Source of the DNA: an uncultured Verrucomicrobiota bacterium
Lineage (GTDB): Bacteria > Verrucomicrobiota > Verrucomicrobiia > Limisphaerales > JAEYXS01
Direction of reading: 5' to 3'
Assembly (NCBI GenBank): GCA_964589735.1
Contig: CAZPUL010000002.1
Location: 8,176-72,175, forward strand
Length of the DNA: 64,000 bases
Shown: positions 9,337 to 18,120 of the stretch, piece by piece
Position numbering within the stretch: the stretch's first letter is position 1
Layout: every line of letters starts with the position of its first letter
Made by a program: the position numbers and the translations under genes
Notes under the pieces: model-generated
What the model saw: only the letters and a program-made list of their open reading frames with translations
Told to the model about the DNA's origin: nothing
Databases searched by the model: none

Positions 9337-10728
9337 ATGACACGCACGACCATTATCAATGTCGTGGGGCTGACGGAAGGTTTGCTGGGGCCGCATACGC
9401 CCAAGCTGAATGCCTTTCGCCAGCGGCATGTGTTACGTCATGTCATCCCGGCGTTCCCGGCCGTGACTTGTACGGCGCAGACGGATTACGTCACCGGCAA
9501 GACGCCGCATGAGCATGGCATCGTGGCGAATGGCTGGTACAGCCGCGAACTCGCCGAGGTCCAGTTCTGGAAGCAGTCCAACCACGTAGTGCAAGCCGCC
9601 AAGCTCTGGGATCATCTGCGCTCGGAGGTGCCCGGCTTCACCTGCGCGAAACTTTTCTGGTGGTATAACATGTATGCGAGCGTGGATTACTCCATCACGC
9701 CGCGCCCCATGTATCCCGCCGATGGCCGCAAGTTCTTCGACATCTACACCTGGCCTTATTCCATCCGCACGGAAATCAAGCAGGAGCTGGGGGAATTTCC
9801 TTTCGCGGGCTTCTGGGGGCCTGCCGCCGGTCTCGATTCACCGCAAGGCAAGGCCGATTGTGTCTCCCGCTGGATCGCTGAATCCGCCAAATGGACGGAG
9901 AAGAAGTATCAGCCTACGCTTAGTCTCGTTTACTTGCCGCATCTGGATTATAATCTTCAGCGCTTCGGCCCGAATGATCCACGCATCGCCCGCGACCTGA
10001 TGGAGATCGATGCCATTGTCGGCGATCTCCTTGCGTTCTACGAAGCCCGCCAGATCCGGCCTTTGATCGTTTCCGAGTATGGCATCACACCGGTGAGCAA
10101 GGCCATCCATCTCAACCGGCTGTTCCGCCAGCAGGGCTGGCTTACGGTGAAAGAGGAGCTGGGCCTAGAACTGCTTGATGCCGGTGCGAGCAAAGTCTTC
10201 GCCGTGGTCGACCATCAGGTCGCGCACATCTATGTGAATGACCATTCGCTTTTAAGCGCTGTGCGGACCTTGCTGGAAAAACAGGAGGGCATCGCCCATG
10301 TGCTGGATGAAGCGGGCAAGATCGCACAGGGCATCAACCATCCGCGCGCAGGCAACCTCGTCGCCGTGTCGGCTGAAGATGCATGGTTCACTTATTATTA
10401 CTGGCTGGACGACGCGAAAGCACCGGACTTTGCCCGCACGGTGGACATCCATCGCAAGCCCGGCTATGACCCGGTCGAACTGTTCCTCGATCCGCAAATC
10501 CCGGCGGCAAAGCTCAAGATCCTTTGGCGGCTCCTGCAAAAGAAACTCGGCTTCCGCATGCTGATGGATGTCATTCCGCTGGACGCCAGCCTGGTGAAAG
10601 GCTCGCACGGTTGCCGGCCGAAATCGAAAAAGGACTGGCCGGTGGTGATGGGGGCGACGACCACGACGGAGGAGGATTTGCCTTCCTCCGGCGTCTATGA
10701 GCTTATCCACAAATCCATCTTGAGCTAA
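9337..10728 (+). CDS. Alkaline-phosphatase superfamily protein (nucleotide pyrophosphatase/phosphodiesterase-type; EboF-like candidate)
   Basis: 'PAFPAVTCTAQTDYVTGKTPHEHGIVANGWY', 'YLPHLDY' and 'KGSHG'. Length ~460 aa. Confidence 0.7.
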   Translation: MTRTTIINVVGLTEGLLGPHTPKLNAFRQRHVLRHVIPAFPAVTCTAQTDYVTGKTPHEHGIVANGWYSRELAEVQFWKQSNHVVQAAKLWDHLRSEVPGFTCAKLFWWYNMYASVDYSITPRPMYPADGRKFFDIYTWPYSIRTEIKQELGEFPFAGFWGPAAGLDSPQGKADCVSRWIAESAKWTEKKYQPTLSLVYLPHLDYNLQRFGPNDPRIARDLMEIDAIVGDLLAFYEARQIRPLIVSEYGITPVSKAIHLNRLFRQQGWLTVKEELGLELLDAGASKVFAVVDHQVAHIYVNDHSLLSAVRTLLEKQEGIAHVLDEAGKIAQGINHPRAGNLVAVSAEDAWFTYYYWLDDAKAPDFARTVDIHRKPGYDPVELFLDPQIPAAKLKILWRLLQKKLGFRMLMDVIPLDASLVKGSHGCRPKSKKDWPVVMGATTTTEEDLPSSGVYELIHKSILS

Positions 10729-10734
10729 AAAGAA

Positions 10735-10758
10735 AACGGCGGCCCTGAGGCCGCCGTT
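10735..10758. terminator. Bidirectional hairpin terminator between convergent genes
   Basis: AACGGCGGCC-CTGA-GGCCGCCGTT is a perfect 10-bp stem preceded by AAAAAGAAA. Confidence 0.65.
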
Positions 10759-10780
10759 GCACAGTTATTAACTGCGGAGG

Positions 10781-11479
10781 TCATTCCTTCTTCGCCTTGG
10801 CGTGTTTCTCCAGTATCTCCGCCAGCGCCTTGGAAGTCTCCGTCGGTTCCACCTTCTTCTTGAAGAGGATCTCTTCCACGATGAGGTACTCGCCGTAATA
10901 ACGCATGTTATCCTTCTCGTTGGGGGAGACCGCGCCGCCCTTGATGGTGGCGCCACCGTAGAGACCTTTCGTATCCGAGTAGATGAGGACGGCCTGATCG
11001 TCTTCTCGGTACGTTTCACCTGCATCGGTGCTGGAATCACCTGCGGTGCCTTGCGCCTCGCCGCCAAATTCACCAGCGTGGTCGATCAAGGAACGCACGG
11101 CATTCGTGTTCATCAGCAGTATCACCATGAACGTCTGCTGCCCGCCCACCTGGAACCCGATGCTGCCTTCATTCGCATTATAGAAAGCGGGCGCACCCCA
11201 CTCTTTGGTCTTTTGATCGCGGACCATGGCCACACCGGCACCGCCCTGAAAGCCGAAGATGAAACCGGCCTTGGTGCGGTCCAGCAGTACGATGCCTTGG
11301 GCGTTCGACAGAATCTTGGCCGGGATGGCCTTGTCCGGCTTCGCCTGCATCGCCTCGAACTTCACCGTGAGCTTGCGGATACGGTCATCGAGTTCAGCTT
11401 TGCTCGCCGCCATGGCCGTGCTGGCCATCAAGCCGAAAACCGCCACACTCAGAATCAGCTTAGATAGGTTCGTTTTCAT
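10781..11479 (-). CDS. Lipid-binding SYLF (Ysc84/DUF500) domain protein, secreted
   Basis: Signal 'MKTNLSKLILSVAVFGLMASTAMA' from the Met at 11479. 'GFIFGFQGGAGVAMVRD', 'SIGFQVGGQQ' and 'GLYGGATIKGGAV'. Confidence 0.75.
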   Translation of the reverse strand: MKTNLSKLILSVAVFGLMASTAMAASKAELDDRIRKLTVKFEAMQAKPDKAIPAKILSNAQGIVLLDRTKAGFIFGFQGGAGVAMVRDQKTKEWGAPAFYNANEGSIGFQVGGQQTFMVILLMNTNAVRSLIDHAGEFGGEAQGTAGDSSTDAGETYREDDQAVLIYSDTKGLYGGATIKGGAVSPNEKDNMRYYGEYLIVEEILFKKKVEPTETSKALAEILEKHAKAKKE

Positions 11480-11700
11480 ACGACTACTAAGTGCAGTCAT
11501 TGTGCCAACCCATGGAGAATGCATGAATGGCTGTAACTAATTGATTTAGAAGGAGTTGGTGTAATTGTCAGATTTGTAAAAAGCCTGACTAGAAACGAAA
11601 GTGTCATGCATTTTGCACGAACAGGCAAATCGAAGGACTTTGGGAAAGACTACCCCTTGAAGGAATGGCAGTCGCTGAATCTGGACAACTGGCCAAACGA

Positions 11701-12810
11701 TCAAATCGTCAGCATTCGCTCCCGCCCGCGCACGAACCATTTCGTGACCGCCCGCCCGTTTTCAATCACCACCACGGAACCATGCAGCGCCACCGTGGGG
11801 CAGATGTGGCGCGGAATGCCGTAGAGGCAATCGCCCACGGCGAACTCATTTGCTGCCGCTGTCTCAATCACCAAGTGTTCTTCGCTCTGGCTGATGGCGT
11901 TTGCGTCGGGCAACTGCGGAAAGAACACGCGCGGATGCGGGTTCTCGGCGGCGACCGCCTTGTGCCCGAGGTCCAGGCAGAGCCGGTTATCGCCCGGCTT
12001 GCTGATCACGCGCGTGAGCAAAACCGCTGCGACTTGGAATTCCAGATCCTTGAAGCGATTGCCGTAACCGAAATCCCAGAACACATACGTGCCCGGACTG
12101 CACTCGCGATCGGGATGCTGCGCATGGATCGGAAAGCTCGGCGTGCCGCCTGCCACCAAGCGAGGTAACGGCAAACCTTCCGCCTGCAACTTGGCACGCA
12201 AGGCCAGCACGGGAGCCATGCCCTCATCGCAAGCCTTCGTCCGCTCCGTGAGGGCTTCGATGTGCATATGTCCGTCATATGCGTGCAGTCCATCCGCCAC
12301 GATTCCCGGTGAATTCGCGATGGCCCGATACAGCACGGCCGCCCCTTCATCGGCCGGAACGCCCGTGCGATGCATCCCGCAATCGATATCCAGTAACACC
12401 GGAATCTTCACCCCCGCTTGCACCGCTGCCGTCGAGAGTGCTTTCAATGCGCCCGCATCATCCACAATCGTGCGGAAGGTCGTCTGCGGAAAACGGCGGA
12501 TGAGTTCGATGAATCGCGCCACATTGGGGCCAACCGGCTGATAGGAGAGCAACACATCCTTCATCCCATTCGCAGCCGCTAGCTCTGCTTCCGCAATAGT
12601 CGCCGCTTTGCACTGCGTCACTCCGGCGGCGACGTGCATCTGCACCATTTCACCGAGCTTGTGCGTCTTGATATGCGGCCGCAACCGCGCCTGTCCACCA
12701 GTCATCGCCAGCACACGTTCCAGGTTTGCCTTGGAACGCGCGGGATAAACCAAGAGCGAGGGCGAAGGGATCTCCGCCACGTTCTCCACGATGAACCAGT
12801 CCGTGCTCAT
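11701..12810 (-). CDS. D-threonine-aldolase / D-serine-dehydratase-like PLP enzyme (alanine-racemase-N fold, D-TA family)
   Basis: 'RLRPHIKTHK' (PLP lysine context), 'PSLLVY' and 'GGTPSF'. The start codon lies 3 nt after the ridA-like stop. Confidence 0.75.
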   Translation of the reverse strand: MSTDWFIVENVAEIPSPSLLVYPARSKANLERVLAMTGGQARLRPHIKTHKLGEMVQMHVAAGVTQCKAATIAEAELAAANGMKDVLLSYQPVGPNVARFIELIRRFPQTTFRTIVDDAGALKALSTAAVQAGVKIPVLLDIDCGMHRTGVPADEGAAVLYRAIANSPGIVADGLHAYDGHMHIEALTERTKACDEGMAPVLALRAKLQAEGLPLPRLVAGGTPSFPIHAQHPDRECSPGTYVFWDFGYGNRFKDLEFQVAAVLLTRVISKPGDNRLCLDLGHKAVAAENPHPRVFFPQLPDANAISQSEEHLVIETAAANEFAVGDCLYGIPRHICPTVALHGSVVVIENGRAVTKWFVRGRERMLTI

Positions 12811-12812
12811 GC

Positions 12813-13277
12813 TTAATTGTGCAGTTCGAAAATGACCTCGATCTCCACCGCGATATTTCCAGGCAGGGAGCCCATGCCCACCGCGCTGCGCGCACCGACG
12901 CCATCATCCGATCCCCAGATCTGCTCGTAGAGTTCGCTGTAGCCATTGATGACTTTCGGATGCTCGGCAAAGTCCGGCGTGGCATTCACCATGCCGAGCG
13001 TTTTGATGACCCGCTTGATGCGGTCGAGTGAGCCCAGTTCCGCCTTCAAGGTGGCGAGGATGGCGAGACCGGTCTGGCGTGCGGCCACTTGCCCGGCGGC
13101 GAGGTCGAGGTCCTGTCCCACTTTGCCGCGGATCATGGAGCCGTCACTGCACAGCGGCCCGTGACCGGAGACATATGCGAGATTGCCCGTGATGACCACC
13201 GGTTTATAGATGCCGCCGCGCTTGGGTGCAGGTGGCAGTTCCAGTTTCAGTTCTTGGATACGTTTTTCAGCGCTCAT
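12813..13277 (-). CDS. RidA/YjgF family reactive-intermediate deaminase
   Basis: Start at the Met at 13277 ('MSAEKRIQELKLELP'). 'LAYVSGHGP' and 'ARSAVGMGSLPGNIAVEIEVIFE'. The long track ORF (to 13505) is rejected. Confidence 0.8.
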   Translation of the reverse strand: MSAEKRIQELKLELPPAPKRGGIYKPVVITGNLAYVSGHGPLCSDGSMIRGKVGQDLDLAAGQVAARQTGLAILATLKAELGSLDRIKRVIKTLGMVNATPDFAEHPKVINGYSELYEQIWGSDDGVGARSAVGMGSLPGNIAVEIEVIFELHN

Positions 13278-13424
13278 GTGTGGATGATTCGATTGCACTT
13301 TTGATACGTGAAGAGCTGCGGGCAGGCAATGGATTATCCACGAAGGAGAAAAACAACCCATTTGAGAATTTCCCCAGTTGCAGCGATAGTGCGCCGGGTA
13401 CGGGCTGTGCTGGCTGTTGAATGC

Positions 13425-14399
13425 ATGAAGAACCTTAAGATCTTTTGTGACACCTTTCTGGGGGAAGCGCCCTTGAAAATGCTGCGTGAAGGGGTGGCCC
13501 CGCACGAACTCGTCTTCCCCGCGCAGATGGTGAATTCACCACTGGCCAAGTCCGGTCCTGATCCGGCCTTTGCCGAAGCGGACATCGCCTTCGGACAGCC
13601 TGACTTGGCGAACATCTACCAAGCCAAGCGCTTGAAATGGGCGCACATCTCCAGTGCCGGATTCACGCGCTACGACACAGCGGAGTTCCGGGCTTTCGTG
13701 GCCAAGCACGATATCGCCATCACGAACAGTACCACTGTTTACGCGGAAGCCTGTGCCGAACATGTGTTCGCGTTCATGCTCGCGCAGGCGCGTCATTTGC
13801 CGGAATCCTTGCAAGCCCGGTATGCGAACGGCACGGCTGACTGGCTGCGCTTGCGTCATTCTTCACCGCTCCTGAAACATCAAAGGGTCGTCATCCTTGG
13901 CTTCGGGGGCATCGCGATCCGGTTGCTCGAGATGTTGCGGCCGTTTCACATGGACGTCGTCGCCTATCGTCGCAAAGCGCGTGGTGATGAAGGCATCCCG
14001 GTCATCACGGCGCGTGAATTACCCGATGCCCTGGCCCAGGCGGATCACGTGATCAACATCCTGCCGGCGAATGCTGATTCGGAAAATTTCGTGGCGGCGG
14101 AACGCTTGCGGCAAATGAAGCCGGGCGCGGTGTTTTACAACATCGGGCGCGGCACCACGGTGAATCAAGAAGACCTGGCGGCGGCCTTGCGCTCCGGGCA
14201 CTTGGGGGCGGCGTGGCTGGATGTCACCGAGCCGGAGCCTTTGCCGCTGGGGCATCCGCTGTTAAGTCTGCCGAATTGCTACATCACGCCGCATGTCGCG
14301 GGCGGACATCAGGGGGAAGCGGAGACGATTGTGGGTCACTTCCTGGAAAACTTCCGTCGGTTCGTGGACGAAGCCCCACTGCTGGACCGCATCATGTAG
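13425..14399 (+). CDS. D-isomer-specific 2-hydroxyacid dehydrogenase (NAD-binding)
   Basis: ATG at 13425. 'VVILGFGGIAIRLLE' (Rossmann), 'FYNIGRG' and 'CYITPHVAG' (catalytic His). Confidence 0.8.
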   Translation: MKNLKIFCDTFLGEAPLKMLREGVAPHELVFPAQMVNSPLAKSGPDPAFAEADIAFGQPDLANIYQAKRLKWAHISSAGFTRYDTAEFRAFVAKHDIAITNSTTVYAEACAEHVFAFMLAQARHLPESLQARYANGTADWLRLRHSSPLLKHQRVVILGFGGIAIRLLEMLRPFHMDVVAYRRKARGDEGIPVITARELPDALAQADHVINILPANADSENFVAAERLRQMKPGAVFYNIGRGTTVNQEDLAAALRSGHLGAAWLDVTEPEPLPLGHPLLSLPNCYITPHVAGGHQGEAETIVGHFLENFRRFVDEAPLLDRIM

Positions 14400-14409
14400 C
14401 GGCGGCCGC

Positions 14410-15561
14410 TTACTTCTCCTTCAGCTCAAACGTCGCCACCATGCAGCGATGTTGCGAGCGCCGTCCCGGTTCTGCCTTGCAGGCGACGGGCTGCAATTGC
14501 TGGTTGGAGAAAACCTGGTCCAGCCGCAGCCAAGGGCCGAAGAGGGTGAGGGGATTGCGCGTGAAGCCGGGGAAGGTCAATCCGAAGCCGCGACCCGCTG
14601 CTTCAAACGCATCCGTGAACTGGTCGCGATAGCGGTGATAGATCTGGCCGTGATTGGGAACGTTGAAATCACCGGCGATGATGGTCGGAGCCGTTTCCTT
14701 CTTGGCCAGCTCCGCGATCTCGTCCGTCATTTTCCGCTGATGATCCCAAAAAGTTTTGGTCTGGCCGCGCAGCTTTTCGCCATAACCGCCGTTGCGCCCG
14801 AAGGCTGCGGCAAGGAAACCGCCCTTGCTCATCGGGTCCAAATGCTCGCGTGGAGAGGTGAAATGGACGCTGTAGATGACGAGGTCGCGGCCTTCCCAGT
14901 CCAGCACACAGCGCATGGCCACCGGGCGCTGGTTCAGGCCGCGTTGGGGTAGCAACTCGATGCTTTTGATAGGGAAGCGGGTGATGACCGTGAATTCGTT
15001 CACGGCCCGCACTTTCATTTCCGGATAGGCTTTAGCGTAAGCGCCTTCACGCCCGGCATCCTGGTAGATGACCACGTCCGGTTTCTCGCTGGCGACGAAT
15101 TCCGTGGGGCTTTGCTTGTTATCCTGGCCGCGATTGTTGGTGACGAGTTTGAAGCCGGGGCCTTTGGGCGCGCGCTGCCGGTTGAACTCCGGGTCCATGT
15201 AACCGAACAATACCAGCACCAGGCAGCCTGCATGCAGCAGACACCAGCGCGGCTGGATAAGCAGAGTCATGAATCCCAAAGCGAAGGCGGGCAGCAACCA
15301 CATCTGCGGCGGCACATAAAACGCAAAGCTGAGAAACCAGTGGGTCTCGGCCCGCCACTCCATAAGCGCCAGGATGACGACAAGGATCAGGGCATAAGCC
15401 AGATTCAAGGCCAGCAGCACGCGCCGGGTCCACTTCAAGAGCTTCTGGATGGTCCCGTTCGGGTTCCGCCAGTCCTTCAGCGCTTTGACCAGCCGTTCCA
15501 GCCCCGTGATCAGGGGCGGGTCATTGGCCGGTAGTGGCGTATTGGCGGCTGGCTGCGTCAT
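14410..15561 (-). CDS. Membrane-anchored endonuclease/exonuclease/phosphatase (EEP) family protein
   Basis: Four N-terminal TM helices, then 'TIIAGDFNVPNHG' and 'LDQVF', typical EEP motifs. Confidence 0.7.
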   Translation of the reverse strand: MTQPAANTPLPANDPPLITGLERLVKALKDWRNPNGTIQKLLKWTRRVLLALNLAYALILVVILALMEWRAETHWFLSFAFYVPPQMWLLPAFALGFMTLLIQPRWCLLHAGCLVLVLFGYMDPEFNRQRAPKGPGFKLVTNNRGQDNKQSPTEFVASEKPDVVIYQDAGREGAYAKAYPEMKVRAVNEFTVITRFPIKSIELLPQRGLNQRPVAMRCVLDWEGRDLVIYSVHFTSPREHLDPMSKGGFLAAAFGRNGGYGEKLRGQTKTFWDHQRKMTDEIAELAKKETAPTIIAGDFNVPNHGQIYHRYRDQFTDAFEAAGRGFGLTFPGFTRNPLTLFGPWLRLDQVFSNQQLQPVACKAEPGRRSQHRCMVATFELKEK

Positions 15562-15693
15562 CTGTCCCTTGTATTCTCAGGTTCGAGCTAGCAAGGACAA
15601 TGTTAAAAGCAGTCCTCAGCAGATGGCAGTCGGAGCTAAGGGAATAAGGTCGGCGTACGATAAGCTGCTAGGCACAACTGGTCTGCCAGTGAC

Positions 15694-16725
15694 CTATGTT
15701 CCGGTCTTGACCTTCAATTCTTCCAACTGCTTCTCCAGGTCGCGCATGCGGCGGATGATGTCCGGCAGTTGCTGGCTGGCGATGATCTGGCGCTTGGCAA
15801 TCTTGTCCGGCATAGCCGGGATGCCCAATACCTTGCCGCCGTCCGGGATGTCCCGCATCACACCGCTCTTGGCGCCGATGGTCGCCTGATTGCCGATGTT
15901 CAGATGGTCGGCGATGCCCGATTGCGCGGCGACCACACAGTAATCACCCATCTTCGTGCTGCCGGCGAACCCGACTTGTCCCGTGATGATGCAGTGTTTC
16001 CCGATGTTCACGTTGTGGGCCACGTGGACGAGGTTATCGATCTTGGTCCCCTGACCGATGACGGTGGAGCCCAGAGCGCCGCGGTCGATCGCCGTGTTCG
16101 CGCCGATCTCGACGTCGTCATGGATGATGACATTGCCGATCTGGAGGATCTTGCGATGACGGCCCTCATCCAGCACATAGCCGTAACCGTCAGAGCCGAT
16201 GACGGTGCCCGCGTGGATGGTGACGCGATTGCCCACCTGGCATTGCAGGTAGATGACCACATTCGGATAAAGCGTGGTGTCCTCGCCGACCTTGGCATCG
16301 CGGCCGATGTGATTGCCGCCCATGAGCACGGCGCGGGCACCGATCTTGGCACGGGCACCCACGGTGCAGTTCGGTCCGATGTGCGCAGCGGGGTCCACTT
16401 GCGCCGAGGCATCGATGACGGCACTGGGATGAACGCCTGGAGCGTATTGGTCGGGCGGGAAGAACAAAGGCAGCAAGCGCGCCACGGCGATGCGCGGATT
16501 CTTCACCCGGATGAGCGTTTTCTTCGTCGAGGCAAATCCTTCGGGCACCAAGATGGCCGCGGCCTGGCTAGCCTCAGCCACGGCGAAATAGGCTTCCTGA
16601 TCGGCAAAGGTCAGATCACCGGAGCGGGCCTGGTTGGCGGCGGCGAAACCGGTGATGGTCACCGCACCGTCGCCGAGGAGTTCACCCCGGACTTGTTCAG
16701 CGATCTGGGCGGCGGTAATGGGCAT
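15694..16725 (-). CDS. lpxD: UDP-3-O-(3-hydroxyacyl)glucosamine N-acyltransferase
   Basis: N-terminal LpxD domain ('DLTFADQEAY', 'AAILVPEGF'), a long run of hexapeptide repeats and a C-terminal coiled helix. Confidence 0.9.
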   Translation of the reverse strand: MPITAAQIAEQVRGELLGDGAVTITGFAAANQARSGDLTFADQEAYFAVAEASQAAAILVPEGFASTKKTLIRVKNPRIAVARLLPLFFPPDQYAPGVHPSAVIDASAQVDPAAHIGPNCTVGARAKIGARAVLMGGNHIGRDAKVGEDTTLYPNVVIYLQCQVGNRVTIHAGTVIGSDGYGYVLDEGRHRKILQIGNVIIHDDVEIGANTAIDRGALGSTVIGQGTKIDNLVHVAHNVNIGKHCIITGQVGFAGSTKMGDYCVVAAQSGIADHLNIGNQATIGAKSGVMRDIPDGGKVLGIPAMPDKIAKRQIIASQQLPDIIRRMRDLEKQLEELKVKTGT

Positions 16726-16781
16726 GCGTTGGCAGGGTTGAAGTTCGTGTTTTGCCCCTCATGCCATTCACGAGGGGGCTC

Positions 16782-17756
16782 CTATTTCTCCGGCAAAGGG
16801 ACCATCTGCTGGGCTTCCACATCCCAGACTTTCAGGCGCAGGCAGCGGATGATATCCGCCGGGTGCAAAGAGGTGACCTTGGGCTTCTGCAATTCCGGCA
16901 TCTCCTTCAGCACTTCGGGCAGCCGATAGAAAGGGATCTTGGAGTTGAGATGGTGGATGTGGTGGTAGCCGATGTTCGCCGAGAACCAGGCCATCAGCGT
17001 ACCCGTCTTCATGAAGCTGGAGGATTCCAGCGCGGCGGTCTCGTAGGTCCAGCCGGCGTTGTCGCGGAAGGTCACTCCGGGGAAATTATGCTGGGCGTAG
17101 AACAGGTAGCTGCCGATGCAACAGGCGATGCCGAACGGGATGATGATGGTCAGGACCACCGCCAGCCAGCCGCCGAGCAGGGCGACCACGGCGATCAAAG
17201 TGATGTGCAACACCAGCGAGATGAGGCAGTCGAAATGTTCACGCGGATTGTTGTAGAAGGGATAGATGCTCATGCCGATGAGGAACATGAACAGGTAACC
17301 GCACAGGATCGTGAGCGGATGCCGCATGAAGAGGTACTTCGCGCGCTTGGCCTTGGAACATTTCAGGAAATGCTCCTTGGTCATGATGGGGAAGGAGCCG
17401 ATGTGCGAGCCCTTCAGCTTGGAGTTGTGATTGTGATGATGGTTGTGCGAACTCCGCCAGACACTGCTGGGGCTGAGGATGAAAATGCCGAAGATACGCA
17501 TCAACCCTTCCGCCAGCTTGGAATTCGGCAAAATGGCGTGGTGCTGCTGATCGTGATAGATGACGAAAAACCGGAGGATCAGCAACGCGCTCAGGATGCT
17601 GCAAACGACCCGGCCGATAAGACTGTGGTTCCAGAGGGTCCCCGCCATGAAACCGACCAGCAAAATGCCCGTGGAAAGGATATACCACCAGCTTTTCGCC
17701 GGATCGTCGGTGGTGTATGGCTTGGTGGCCAATATTAAATCTTTACCAGTACGCAT
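16782..17756 (-). CDS. Membrane fatty-acid desaturase
   Basis: Three histidine boxes: 'HDQQHH', 'HNHHHNH' and 'HHIHHL'. Start at the Met at 17756; the track start 17888 is rejected because it would overlap the zinc-ribbon ORF. Confidence 0.8.
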   Translation of the reverse strand: MRTGKDLILATKPYTTDDPAKSWWYILSTGILLVGFMAGTLWNHSLIGRVVCSILSALLILRFFVIYHDQQHHAILPNSKLAEGLMRIFGIFILSPSSVWRSSHNHHHNHNSKLKGSHIGSFPIMTKEHFLKCSKAKRAKYLFMRHPLTILCGYLFMFLIGMSIYPFYNNPREHFDCLISLVLHITLIAVVALLGGWLAVVLTIIIPFGIACCIGSYLFYAQHNFPGVTFRDNAGWTYETAALESSSFMKTGTLMAWFSANIGYHHIHHLNSKIPFYRLPEVLKEMPELQKPKVTSLHPADIIRCLRLKVWDVEAQQMVPLPEK

Positions 17757-17884
17757 GTGTCTTAAGCTCGCGCATGGTCGTCTAAAAAACACCTGATGTC
17801 CATTCCTGACTTTGCCGATATTGCTGCACTTTTGCTTAAAAATAACATTAGCCGGAGTGTTGTTGCCTGCGCGGAAGGGGGAAT

Positions 17885-18058
17885 TCAAGCCAAGGCGGCC
17901 TGCAAAGAACGCAGTTCTTCCGCGACTTGCGCCGGATCGGCGTCAGTCCCCGCGCCCTGAGCCATCAGGCAGGCGGGACACAGGCCAGCCAAGGCCCCGG
18001 CTGGGAGGGGCTTGCCGCAAGTCGGGCAGGTATTCGCTTCGCTCACTGAGGTTTTCAT
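17885..18058 (-). CDS. Small zinc-ribbon protein (57 aa), not in the supplied ORF track
   Basis: Manual translation gives MKTSVSEANTCPTCGKPLPAGALAGLCPACLMAQGAGTDADPAQVAEELRSLQAALA*. It has a CPxCG...GLCPxCL double-CxxC knuckle and fills the gap between the GNAT and desaturase genes on the same strand. Confidence 0.5.
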   Translation of the reverse strand: MKTSVSEANTCPTCGKPLPAGALAGLCPACLMAQGAGTDADPAQVAEELRSLQAALA

Positions 18059-18120
18059 ACGAAATTAATCGTTCTCTGAATACCTCAGAAGCGTTTTCTG
18101 GAAGTTGTTACAGAATAAAT

